Positions 47,966 through 56,538 of a stretch of DNA of 61,264 nucleotides are shown here, piece after piece. The position numbers were made by a program, and so were the translations under genes. Below the pieces are notes generated by a model. The model was not told where the DNA came from and searched no databases. It saw only the letters and a list, made by a program, of their open reading frames with translations. Source of the stretch: an uncultured Thermoplasmata archaeon (GTDB taxonomy: Archaea; Thermoplasmatota; Thermoplasmata; Halarchaeoplasmatales; Halarchaeoplasmataceae); the NCBI GenBank assembly GCA_964399335.1, contig CAYNQI010000002.1, positions 1 through 61,264 on the forward strand, written 5' to 3'. Positions within the stretch are counted from its first letter, which is position 1. Every line of letters begins with the position of its first letter.

Positions 47966-48061
47966 ATGCCTGATAAGGAAGAATACAAATGCAAAGCATG
48001 TGGGGAGGTATTCTCAAACTGAAAGATGTATCGGAAACATCTCAATGAAGAACATAGATGA
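47966..48061 (+). pseudogene. Single C2H2 zinc-finger micro-ORF (31 codons) with internal TGA
   Basis: MPDKEEYKCKACGEVFSN*KMYRKHLNEEHR; C-x2-C-x3-F-x5-Y-x2-H-x4-H spacing is intact across the TGA (48020-48022). Strong GGGGGTGAGG RBS. Confidence 0.7.
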
Positions 48062-48125
48062 ACAATCGTAGCAAATGAAAACGTTATTAATACCCATTAT
48101 ATTATATCGTAGAAAAGGTGAATCC

Positions 48126-49100
48126 ATGAACAAAAAGAATCTTGCTGACAGGCTGCTGGATGCTATAGATGATAAGAAGAACCCGTCGGTTGTAGGGCTG
48201 GATCCTCGGATCAATAGGATCCCGGACCACATCAAAGAAGAGGCCGGCGACAGAGCGGACACTCCTTTCGAAGCGGTCAGATACTCCTTCGAAGAATTCA
48301 ATAAATCGATCATCGATGAGATAAAAGATATCGTTCCTGCGGTGAAGCCACAGGTAGCCTTTTACGAACAGTATGGCAGTCATGGTATGAGAGCATTCGA
48401 AGAAACCATAGATTATGCTAAAGATAAAGGACTGATAGTCATCTCCGACGTTAAGAGGAACGATATAGGCAGTACTGCTGAAGCTTATGCATCCGCTCAT
48501 CTCGGAGAGGTAGAAAGGATAAACAGGGAATTCACATCTTCCTTTGACTCAGACATGGTGACCGTCAACGCTTACCTTGGATCAGATGGAGTGGAACCGT
48601 TTTTAGATGTATGCAAAAAATATGGGAAAGGTATATTCATATTGGTCAAGACTTCTAATCCTTCTTCCGGGGAGCTTCAGGACAAGGAGATAGAAGGTGA
48701 AGGGAAAGTTTACGAGCTCATGGCCGAGTTAGTTAAGGGATGGGGTGATGATCTGGTTGGAAACAGAGGTTACTCATCCGTTGGTGCAGTTGTTGGTGCA
48801 ACATATCCCGAAGAAGCGGAAAAGTTGAGGAAAATGATGAAAAAGGCAATATTCTTAGTACCTGGCTATGGAGCTCAGGGTGGAACTGCCGATGATATAA
48901 TACCATGTTTCAATGATGATGGTTACGGGGGTATAGTTAATTCATCAAGAGGGATCATCTTCGCATATGAAAGGGAACCATATTCTGAAAAATTTGGAGA
49001 GGAGAATTTTGCCAAAGCATCTAGACAGGCAACTCTGGATATGAAAGATGATATTCAAAAATCTCTAAAAAAAGGAAAAAAAGTTCCTAAGGGATGGTGA
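48126..49100 (+). CDS. pyrF: Orotidine-5'-phosphate decarboxylase (long, subfamily-2 type)
   Basis: VVGLDP, KPQVAFYE, DVKRNDIGST, TVNAYLG, LVKTSNP, GAVVGATYP, LVPGYGAQGG, NSSRGII. Confidence 0.93.
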   Translation: MNKKNLADRLLDAIDDKKNPSVVGLDPRINRIPDHIKEEAGDRADTPFEAVRYSFEEFNKSIIDEIKDIVPAVKPQVAFYEQYGSHGMRAFEETIDYAKDKGLIVISDVKRNDIGSTAEAYASAHLGEVERINREFTSSFDSDMVTVNAYLGSDGVEPFLDVCKKYGKGIFILVKTSNPSSGELQDKEIEGEGKVYELMAELVKGWGDDLVGNRGYSSVGAVVGATYPEEAEKLRKMMKKAIFLVPGYGAQGGTADDIIPCFNDDGYGGIVNSSRGIIFAYEREPYSEKFGEENFAKASRQATLDMKDDIQKSLKKGKKVPKGW

Positions 49101-49124
49101 CAGAGGCCACCACTCCTTTTTGTT
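49092..49124 (+). terminator. Hairpin plus T-tract at the end of pyrF
   Basis: Stem GGATGGTG / CACCACTCC (one bulge) with an 8-nt loop, followed by TTTTTGTT. Confidence 0.45.
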
Positions 49125-49125
49125 C

Positions 49126-49188
49126 TTAATACTGTCCAGTCAATAACCTTGCTTCACTATATTTTTGGCTCGGGTAATTTCTTATCAT
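49126..49188 (-). CDS. 20-aa micropeptide, copy B (MIRNYPSQKYSEARLLTGQY)
   Basis: Manual translation; AGGTGA RBS upstream; 15/20 identical to copy A with the same length. Not in ORF track. Confidence 0.7.
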   Translation of the reverse strand: MIRNYPSQKYSEARLLTGQY

Positions 49189-49219
49189 CTCTTTCACCTT
49201 CTTTTTTCTTTTTTCGTTT

Positions 49220-49282
49220 TCAATACTGGCCTGACAACATTCTTGCCTCACTATATTCCTGGCTTGGGTATGTTCTCTTCAT
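49220..49282 (-). CDS. 20-aa micropeptide, copy A (MKRTYPSQEYSEARMLSGQY)
   Basis: Manual translation; GTGAG RBS-like element; TTATATAAATA TATA-like box at 49325-49315; paralogue of copy B. Confidence 0.7.
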   Translation of the reverse strand: MKRTYPSQEYSEARMLSGQY

Positions 49283-49520
49283 TTTTCTCACGATAATAGC
49301 ATAGCTAGTGATGTATTTATATAATTCTTGAAAATAATAATAGATAAGTGCAATATCGTGTTAGAAATGATCAACTTTGAAGTTGAAAAAGCAAGTCTGG
49401 CTTACAAATACTTATATTATTTATGCATTATCTAAATACCGGCTATTTTCCCGCTTTACCGAAGATCACTTCCAAAATGCTTTTATCTAAAAACCTCACT
49501 GCTCCACTTGAGTGGATAAT

Positions 49521-50864
49521 ATGGGCCAAGAAAGAACCCAAGAAGAGATATCCAGCGATCTCGACGATGCTACTTTCGTAGACATAGTCGATATACTGGA
49601 AGGCCAGCACACAGGAAAAGAAGTCAGTATCCGAGGATGGATACATCGTGAAAGAGATATCGGTAATATGGTGTTTTTGAACGTGCGTGATCCATCTGGG
49701 ATAGTTCAAGTTACCATCGCAAAGGACAACTTCGATGAGAATAAGTTCGAAGATATCAAAAAACTGCTGGTCGAAACTTCTCTTAAGGTTCGGGGTGAAG
49801 TGGCTGAAGACTACAGAGCTCCAGGAGGTTACGAGCTAAGAGCCTCGGATGTAGAGATAGTCCACGCCTCAGATGATTTCCCGATCCATAAGGACCAAAG
49901 TGTTGAGCACTTACTGGATAACCGTCATCTATGGATACGTTCAACACGGATGAGGGATATACTTTCTATCCGTTCTACAGTTTTTGGAGCTATTCACGAA
50001 TTCTTTAGAAAGAATGGGTACAAAGAATTTCAATCACCGATCATAACACCGCTAGCTTGTGAAGGTGGTGCGACTTTATTCCCTGTTGACTATTTTGATG
50101 AGGAAGTATATCTCACTCAAAGCTGGCAGCTTTATGCAGAAGCGGCCATATTTGGATTGGGGAATTTGTACACGATCGCACCCAGTTTTAGAGCGGAAAA
50201 ATCCAGAACTCCTAGACATCTGACTGAATTCTGGCATGCCGAGATGGAAGGACTTTGGTTAGATAACGATGATCTAATAGATATGGGGGAGGGTCTGGTT
50301 CTCCATATCGCTAAAAAGGTGTTAGAAGAGAATAGAGAAGAGATGGAGAACATACATGATGAGGGAATTGAATATCTAGAAAAGCTAGAAGGGCCTTTCC
50401 CAAGGATCACCTATGATGAAGCAGTAGAAAAGTTGAAAGATGCCGGTATGGATGTAAATTACGGTGACGATCTCGGAGTTCCAGAAGAGAAAAAACTCAC
50501 ATCTATGTTCGATAAACCGGTGTTTGTTACACATTATCCAAAAGAGATCAAAGCATTCTACATGAAAAGGGATGAGAAAGATCCAGATAAAGTATTAGGA
50601 TACGACCTTATGGTACCTCATGTCGGTGAACTGATAGGAGGTAGTGTCCGGGAAACGGAGGTTGATTCTTTGATAGATAGACTTGAAGAGGAAGGAGAAG
50701 ATCCATCGAATTATGACTGGTTCTTGGATACTCGAAGATACGGTAGTGTTCCCCATGCCGGGTACGGTTTGGGTATCGAACGTGTGATCATGTGGTTGTG
50801 CAACCTGGACCATATCCGAGACGCCATCGCTTTCCCGCGAACTCCGAATAGGTGTAGACCCTGA
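49521..50864 (+). CDS. asnS: Asparagine--tRNA ligase
   Basis: RGWIHRER, HLLDNRHLWIR, YLTQSWQLYAE, FRAEKSRTPRHLTEFWHAE, KAFYMK, GELIGGSVRE, YGSVPHAGYGLGIER. Confidence 0.93.
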   Translation: MGQERTQEEISSDLDDATFVDIVDILEGQHTGKEVSIRGWIHRERDIGNMVFLNVRDPSGIVQVTIAKDNFDENKFEDIKKLLVETSLKVRGEVAEDYRAPGGYELRASDVEIVHASDDFPIHKDQSVEHLLDNRHLWIRSTRMRDILSIRSTVFGAIHEFFRKNGYKEFQSPIITPLACEGGATLFPVDYFDEEVYLTQSWQLYAEAAIFGLGNLYTIAPSFRAEKSRTPRHLTEFWHAEMEGLWLDNDDLIDMGEGLVLHIAKKVLEENREEMENIHDEGIEYLEKLEGPFPRITYDEAVEKLKDAGMDVNYGDDLGVPEEKKLTSMFDKPVFVTHYPKEIKAFYMKRDEKDPDKVLGYDLMVPHVGELIGGSVRETEVDSLIDRLEEEGEDPSNYDWFLDTRRYGSVPHAGYGLGIERVIMWLCNLDHIRDAIAFPRTPNRCRP

Positions 50865-50936
50865 ATTATACATAATGGGTTAAACTATTAGAAGTAATAC
50901 CCAATTATAATATAGTCCTAGGACTTTAAAACAGAC

Positions 50937-51971
50937 ATGGAACCCTTAGATGACTTGTTGAACCTGAAACTTCTCAGACATATTGTATCAGGGAATTACG
51001 TCAAAGCCAATATTAGCTTTTTATCCCGGGAACTGGGGATCCACCGGGCTACAGCAAAAAGAAAACTGAACATGCTATATGAAAACAATATTTTGAACCC
51101 GCCACTATATCCATTTCCTTACCTATTCGAAAAAAATCCTCTATTGGTTTTAGTCAAAGCGGATATGCCCAGAACATCAGATGCTATCACCTTCTTCAAA
51201 GAAGATTCCCATATATTTGGAGCATTTTCATGTATGGAAGGGTCCTACAACACTCTGCTTATAGAATTCTTCGAAGACCTAGAATCTTACCATTTGTGGA
51301 GAGAACAGATCGTAAAAGATAAGAAGATCCCGTCTAGAGAGAACCGTGTACCAGCACACGCTGAGATATTCAGTAATAAACTCACATTCAAGTATGACCC
51401 AAATTGTTTCATAAGACCGATTAAAAAACAGTGGAAAATTGACGGGAATTTAGAACTTAACGGCATCCATTTCGATGAAACTTCGTTCCAACTGCTAGAA
51501 CTTTTATTGAGGGGGGATTGTTTCAGAACTAACGCCTCGGCAATAGGTAGAGAGATCGGTGCTGATCGAAAAACCGTAAGGAGGCGGATAGAAACTTTAC
51601 TAGAGAATGGTGTAATAGAGGAACCGTGCTGTTTTTTCAAAAACCTATTCGTACCACCAGGCTATAATTTTGTAGTTTCTTTGATAGAAGTGAAATCCAA
51701 AGTAGACAGTGTAAAAAAATATATTACGAGAGATGACCACGTCCCTAGAGCAGTAGAAACAAGTACAGAAAGGTATAACTTCCTTCTGTTTTCAGCCTTT
51801 GAAAACATCGAAGATTTCTTCGACTGGGGTGAGAGGTTAAATTTTAACTTTCCAGGAAGTATCGGTGCGATCTCGAATACTATATTGTCATCAAAGATGA
51901 TACATACTATCAAACCTCACAAGGTCTCTTTAGGTCTTATCGAGAGGCAGTTGTGGGAGATTGAACATTGA
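50937..51971 (+). CDS. Tandem (duplicated) Lrp/AsnC-like transcriptional regulator
   Basis: Two HTH halves (ISFLSRELGIHRATAKRKLNMLYENNIL; ASAIGREIGADRKTVRRRIETLLENGVI), each followed by a RAM-like segment (GSYNTLLIEFF; RYNFLLFSAF). Confidence 0.7.
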   Translation: MEPLDDLLNLKLLRHIVSGNYVKANISFLSRELGIHRATAKRKLNMLYENNILNPPLYPFPYLFEKNPLLVLVKADMPRTSDAITFFKEDSHIFGAFSCMEGSYNTLLIEFFEDLESYHLWREQIVKDKKIPSRENRVPAHAEIFSNKLTFKYDPNCFIRPIKKQWKIDGNLELNGIHFDETSFQLLELLLRGDCFRTNASAIGREIGADRKTVRRRIETLLENGVIEEPCCFFKNLFVPPGYNFVVSLIEVKSKVDSVKKYITRDDHVPRAVETSTERYNFLLFSAFENIEDFFDWGERLNFNFPGSIGAISNTILSSKMIHTIKPHKVSLGLIERQLWEIEH

Positions 51972-52194
51972 AGTCCCTACAATATGGAATCAGTTCGATT
52001 TTCTCTTCCAGTATAAGATCTTACAGATTTGAAAACAGTGTTTTTTAATCTGACTTACCTTTACTTAGCAAAAATGTTAAATCATATGTACCTATTTTAA
52101 CCAAAGTGTATAAAAAAAGTATGAGAAAGTGTAAAGCAGATATTTATACTCCTTGCCATTTGGCTCAAATACCGGAAAAATAGGTGGCGAAAAT

Positions 52195-53481
52195 ATGGCA
52201 AAAGAAGGGTTTAATGCGTTTAAGATGGCTCAGAAGCAGTTCGATAGGATAGCTGATAAACTTGACCTAGATGAAGGTACAAGAAAAATCCTAAGAAAAC
52301 CGATACGAGAATATCACTTTAATATACCTGTAAAGATGGACGATGGCTCCACCCAGGTCTTTGAGGCTTTTAGGATCCAGCATAACGATGCTAGAGGACC
52401 TTGCAAAGGAGGTATCAGGTTCCATCCACAAGAGACAGTTGATACTGTAAGGGCTTTAGCGATGTGGATGACTTGGAAAACAGCAGTAGCAAATATCCCA
52501 TTGGGTGGAGGAAAAGGAGGAGTCATATGTGATCCTCACGATCTATCTGATAGAGAGCAGGAACGGATATGCAGAGGCTACGTAAGAGAGATATATGACG
52601 AATTGGGACCTGATAAAGACATACCCGCTCCGGACGTTATGACAACTGCACAGCATATGTTGTGGATGATGGATGAATATGAGAAGATCAACGGATCCAA
52701 GAATCCAGGTGTGATAACTGGTAAACCAGTTGATATGGGAGGTTCGTTGGGACGTACAGAAGCTACTGGTTATGGTGTTATATACGTTCTGAGAGAAGTT
52801 CTAAAAGAGATGGATCTTGATATAAACGAGATGACCGCTTCGGTTCAAGGTTTCGGAAATGTTGCCCAGCATGCTGTTGAGTTGTTCATTGAATATGGCG
52901 GTACAGTTGTGTCTGTATCCTGCTGGGACCAAGAAGACAGCTGTGCTTACAGTTACTTTAGGGAAGATGGGATCGATCTGGAGGAACTCAGAGGGATAAC
53001 TGACAGGTTTGGTTCTATAGATAAAAAGAAAGCTAAAGAGAAAGGGTACACGAGGAGATCTGGTGAAGATTGGATAAAGGACGAAGTAGATATACTGATT
53101 CCAGCGGCTTTAGAGAACGCTATCACCGAGGATAACGTAGAAGATATCAAAGATAGTGTGAGGTTGATAATCTCTGGAGCGAACGGACCTATAACCCCTG
53201 AAGCTGATGAAATGCTAGAAGAAATGGACATAGTTGTCATACCAGACTTCCTAGCCAATGCCGGCGGTGTTACTTGCAGTTACTTCGAACAGGTACAGAG
53301 CAATCAGAACTACTATTGGCCCAAGGAGGAAGTTCTGGGAAAATTGGATAACATGATGACCGATGCCTTCTACGAGGTATGGGAACTCGCTAAACGGAAA
53401 AATATCCGTGTTCGTGATGCAGCTTATATGATATCTATAGATAGAGTAGCTGAAGCCTGCAAAAAACGCGGTTGGGTATAG
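52195..53481 (+). CDS. gdhA: Glutamate dehydrogenase (Glu/Leu/Phe/Val family)
   Basis: RGPCKGGIRFHP, MTWK, GGGKGG, DIPAPDV, ITGKP..GGS.GR, ATGYG, QGFGNV, GANGP, PDFLANAGGV.SYFE. Confidence 0.94.
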   Translation: MAKEGFNAFKMAQKQFDRIADKLDLDEGTRKILRKPIREYHFNIPVKMDDGSTQVFEAFRIQHNDARGPCKGGIRFHPQETVDTVRALAMWMTWKTAVANIPLGGGKGGVICDPHDLSDREQERICRGYVREIYDELGPDKDIPAPDVMTTAQHMLWMMDEYEKINGSKNPGVITGKPVDMGGSLGRTEATGYGVIYVLREVLKEMDLDINEMTASVQGFGNVAQHAVELFIEYGGTVVSVSCWDQEDSCAYSYFREDGIDLEELRGITDRFGSIDKKKAKEKGYTRRSGEDWIKDEVDILIPAALENAITEDNVEDIKDSVRLIISGANGPITPEADEMLEEMDIVVIPDFLANAGGVTCSYFEQVQSNQNYYWPKEEVLGKLDNMMTDAFYEVWELAKRKNIRVRDAAYMISIDRVAEACKKRGWV

Positions 53482-53490
53482 TGGAGATAG

Positions 53491-56478
53491 ATGAAGAATC
53501 GAGAAGACGAGATAAAAAAAACTATCGAGGAGATAACCGGGATAACCCCAAAAACAGAGAAGGAAGATAAGGGAGATGAATATCTTAGGGCATCCTATGT
53601 AGAAAATGTCCTGATCATTTCCCCTCCCTTCGATTATTTTTTATTCGAGGAAGAAGGTAGGTTAGAAGAACTCTTTGACGATGTATTTGGAGGTAGGGAA
53701 TTTGGTCCAGTACCAAATGTGATCCATGTGGAAAATGGTGGTGAAGGAAAGGATGTCTTGGATGACACCAAGATAGACCTGATAATAGTTTTCAGTGAAC
53801 CCATGGATATGGAACTGTTGAAATTCTCTGGTATGGTCAAGGATGATCATCCTGATATCCCCATAGTTTTGATCAGCAACGATACAGTAGAGATCAAAGA
53901 GATACTAAGAGAAGACAGTAAAGATACCATCGAAGAAGCTTTCACATGGTACGGGGACGGTAGGATAATCCTCAGTATTATCCAGTATATCGAAGATAAG
54001 AAAAATCTTGAAAACGAGGTACTTTCGAAAGATGGAAAGGCTATATTGCTGATAGAGGATTCTATCCAGTTCTATTCAAAATATCTGCCGTTGATTTATG
54101 AAGAGATATGGCATTACCTCGACTCTGTAATCGAAGACGACCTACCAAAAAAGATCAAGAGTAAAAGATACTGGAGTAAACCTTTCATTCTATTCGCTTC
54201 CGATATACGGAAGGGGAAGGATCTTTATAATAGATATCACGATAATTTGATATGTATAGTGACTGATAATCACTGTGGTTCAGACAACGAAGAACATCCG
54301 GGACTCGATTTTGCTCTACAAGTCGAGAAAGAGAGAGAAGACCTTTCTATTTTAGTTCAATCCTCGGAACCTATAGAAGGGTTCCCTGAAGATAGCGATA
54401 TAGAATTCATTTTAAAGGACTCTCCTGTACTCACTTCCAAGATCGGTGAGTTCGTTAGGAAAAATATAGGACCGTTAGAGCTAATTTTTAAAAATGAAGT
54501 CGGAACTGAATTGGCGGTCGTAGATGGTCTTAAAGGACTCGAAGAAGCTTTATGGAATATCGATAACGAGATCTTAGAAAAGTATCTCATGGAAAGTCAG
54601 ATAACTACCTGGTTAAGAGCTAGAGCTGAGTATGTCTTAGCTGAGGAGATAGAAAACCTCTCAAAGGAGGGAGAGAAAGAAGAGTTGAAAAGCCAGCTTA
54701 TCAACATCTTAGAAGAGCACAGATACAGATATCATCAAGGCACGATAACGAATTTCGAGAGAAGAAGGGAGAATCACTATAGCAAGATCAGCAGGATCGG
54801 AAAAGGTGCATTAGGTGGGAAAGCAAGAGGATTAGCTTTCATGGCTAAGATACTGTCAAAATATGTCACAGACGAGATGTTCGATGGCTTACGTATCACA
54901 GTCCCTAGAAGTGTGGTACTATCAACAGAGGTTTATGATAAATTTCTCGAGAAAAATGATCTTATTAATGATAACATCGATCTGATGTCCGATCAAAGGA
55001 TATCATCTAAATTCATCGATGGTTCCTTGTCAGCGACTGTATTAGGCGATCTTAGATCCTTTGTTAGAAACACGAAAACACCTCTTATCGTTCGTTCTTC
55101 TGGTTTATTGGAAGATTCATTGATGCAGCCCTTTGCCGGTATCTATTCTTCAGTATTACTTCCTAATGACTCATGGGAAACGGATCTTAGGTTCAAAGAA
55201 GTCTGTAACGCCATCAAACATGTCTATGCATCGGCATTCTTCGAAAAAGCAAGGACCTACCTGATGTCCACACCTAAGAAATTAGGGGATGAAAAGATGG
55301 CGGTGATGATTCAGGAAGTGGTCGGAAAAAAACATGGTAAATATTTTTATCCCGATATATCTGGTGTGGCTAAATCGTACAATCATTATCCTTCTGGTCC
55401 ATGCAGTTCTGAAGATGGTATAGTTTATCTTGCCCTTGGTCTTGGTAAAGCAGTGGTTGACGGGAGCAACACTTTCTGTTTCTGCCCAGAACATCCCAAA
55501 ATTCCTTTATCGGGTACCCCAAAAGATTTTATGAAGTACTCTCAGACCGACTTGTATGCAGTTGATCTTGAATCCGTTTACAAACGGATAAAAAAGGACG
55601 AAGAAACATCACTCGTTAAATTGAAACTAGACGAAGTAAAGAAACATGGTGTACTCGATAAGACTGTATCTACTTTTTCCCTGAGGAACGATAGGTTATA
55701 TCCAGGTACTGCCCATGAGGGTCCTATGGTGGTCGATTTTGGTCCCATAGTGAAATATAATTCAGTACCTCTCGCAAAGGCTTTGAAGATGCTGTTGAAG
55801 GTAAGTAGGATAGCATTAGGTTATCCCGTTGAGATAGAATTCGCAGTAAATCTAAACAAAGGAAAAAATGAACCCGCGGAACTAGTCATACTCCAGATAA
55901 GAAGTATGATCACGACCGAGAGTTTTTTAGATATGGATATCGATGAATATAAGGAAGATGAACTAATCTGTAAAAGTCAGAACGCCATAGGATATGGAGT
56001 GATCGGGGATATAAGAGACGTGATTTATATCAAATATGACGAGTTCGACTTCAAGGATTCTCAGAGCGTTGTTGAAAAACTTAGAAGATTAAACAAACGT
56101 TTGATGGATGATAAAAGACCTTATATTTTGGTCGGTCCAGGGAGATGGGGATCCTCTGATGAGTGGTTGGGTATCCCGGTCTTATGGAGTGATATTGCCG
56201 GGGCAAGGATCATAGTAGAAACCACGACTGCAGGTAGGCACATCGATCCTTCCCAAGGCTCTCATTTCTTCCATGACATGATCTCTTCTCAAGCTGGATA
56301 TATGATAGCGGATTCAGAAAATATTGATTGGGACTGGTTGAGATCTCAACAGATAGTAGAAAAACTAGAAGATATTGTCCATGTTAGAACCAAAGAACCA
56401 TTAGAAGTCATGATAGATGGAAAAGAGGGTAAAGGTGTCATCAAAAAGTCTAAAAAGGATGTTGAAGAAGATAATTGA
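53491..56478 (+). CDS. PEP-synthase/PPDK nucleotide-binding (ATP-grasp) domain protein with N-terminal receiver-like domains
   Basis: REC-like segments (ILLIEDS, CIVTD, ILVQSS), GGKARGLAF, VRSSGLLEDS, FAGIYSS, IQEVVG, LQIR, GPGRWGS, QGSHFF. No pyruvate-binding TIM barrel. Confidence 0.85.
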   Translation: MKNREDEIKKTIEEITGITPKTEKEDKGDEYLRASYVENVLIISPPFDYFLFEEEGRLEELFDDVFGGREFGPVPNVIHVENGGEGKDVLDDTKIDLIIVFSEPMDMELLKFSGMVKDDHPDIPIVLISNDTVEIKEILREDSKDTIEEAFTWYGDGRIILSIIQYIEDKKNLENEVLSKDGKAILLIEDSIQFYSKYLPLIYEEIWHYLDSVIEDDLPKKIKSKRYWSKPFILFASDIRKGKDLYNRYHDNLICIVTDNHCGSDNEEHPGLDFALQVEKEREDLSILVQSSEPIEGFPEDSDIEFILKDSPVLTSKIGEFVRKNIGPLELIFKNEVGTELAVVDGLKGLEEALWNIDNEILEKYLMESQITTWLRARAEYVLAEEIENLSKEGEKEELKSQLINILEEHRYRYHQGTITNFERRRENHYSKISRIGKGALGGKARGLAFMAKILSKYVTDEMFDGLRITVPRSVVLSTEVYDKFLEKNDLINDNIDLMSDQRISSKFIDGSLSATVLGDLRSFVRNTKTPLIVRSSGLLEDSLMQPFAGIYSSVLLPNDSWETDLRFKEVCNAIKHVYASAFFEKARTYLMSTPKKLGDEKMAVMIQEVVGKKHGKYFYPDISGVAKSYNHYPSGPCSSEDGIVYLALGLGKAVVDGSNTFCFCPEHPKIPLSGTPKDFMKYSQTDLYAVDLESVYKRIKKDEETSLVKLKLDEVKKHGVLDKTVSTFSLRNDRLYPGTAHEGPMVVDFGPIVKYNSVPLAKALKMLLKVSRIALGYPVEIEFAVNLNKGKNEPAELVILQIRSMITTESFLDMDIDEYKEDELICKSQNAIGYGVIGDIRDVIYIKYDEFDFKDSQSVVEKLRRLNKRLMDDKRPYILVGPGRWGSSDEWLGIPVLWSDIAGARIIVETTTAGRHIDPSQGSHFFHDMISSQAGYMIADSENIDWDWLRSQQIVEKLEDIVHVRTKEPLEVMIDGKEGKGVIKKSKKDVEEDN

Positions 56479-56538
56479 TGCAGTCTATAGAACAAAACTA
56501 TTTAGCGAGGTTAATCATAGATATATAAGGTAAATATC

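Noticed and set aside
48020-48022. TGA as selenocysteine
   Set aside because: It is not at a Cys ligand position and there is no Sec machinery or SECIS evidence in the window.
49443-49709. Minus-strand 88-aa ORF over the asnS start, and the many other short antisense ORFs in the track
   Set aside because: They are shadow frames of well-supported genes with no motifs.
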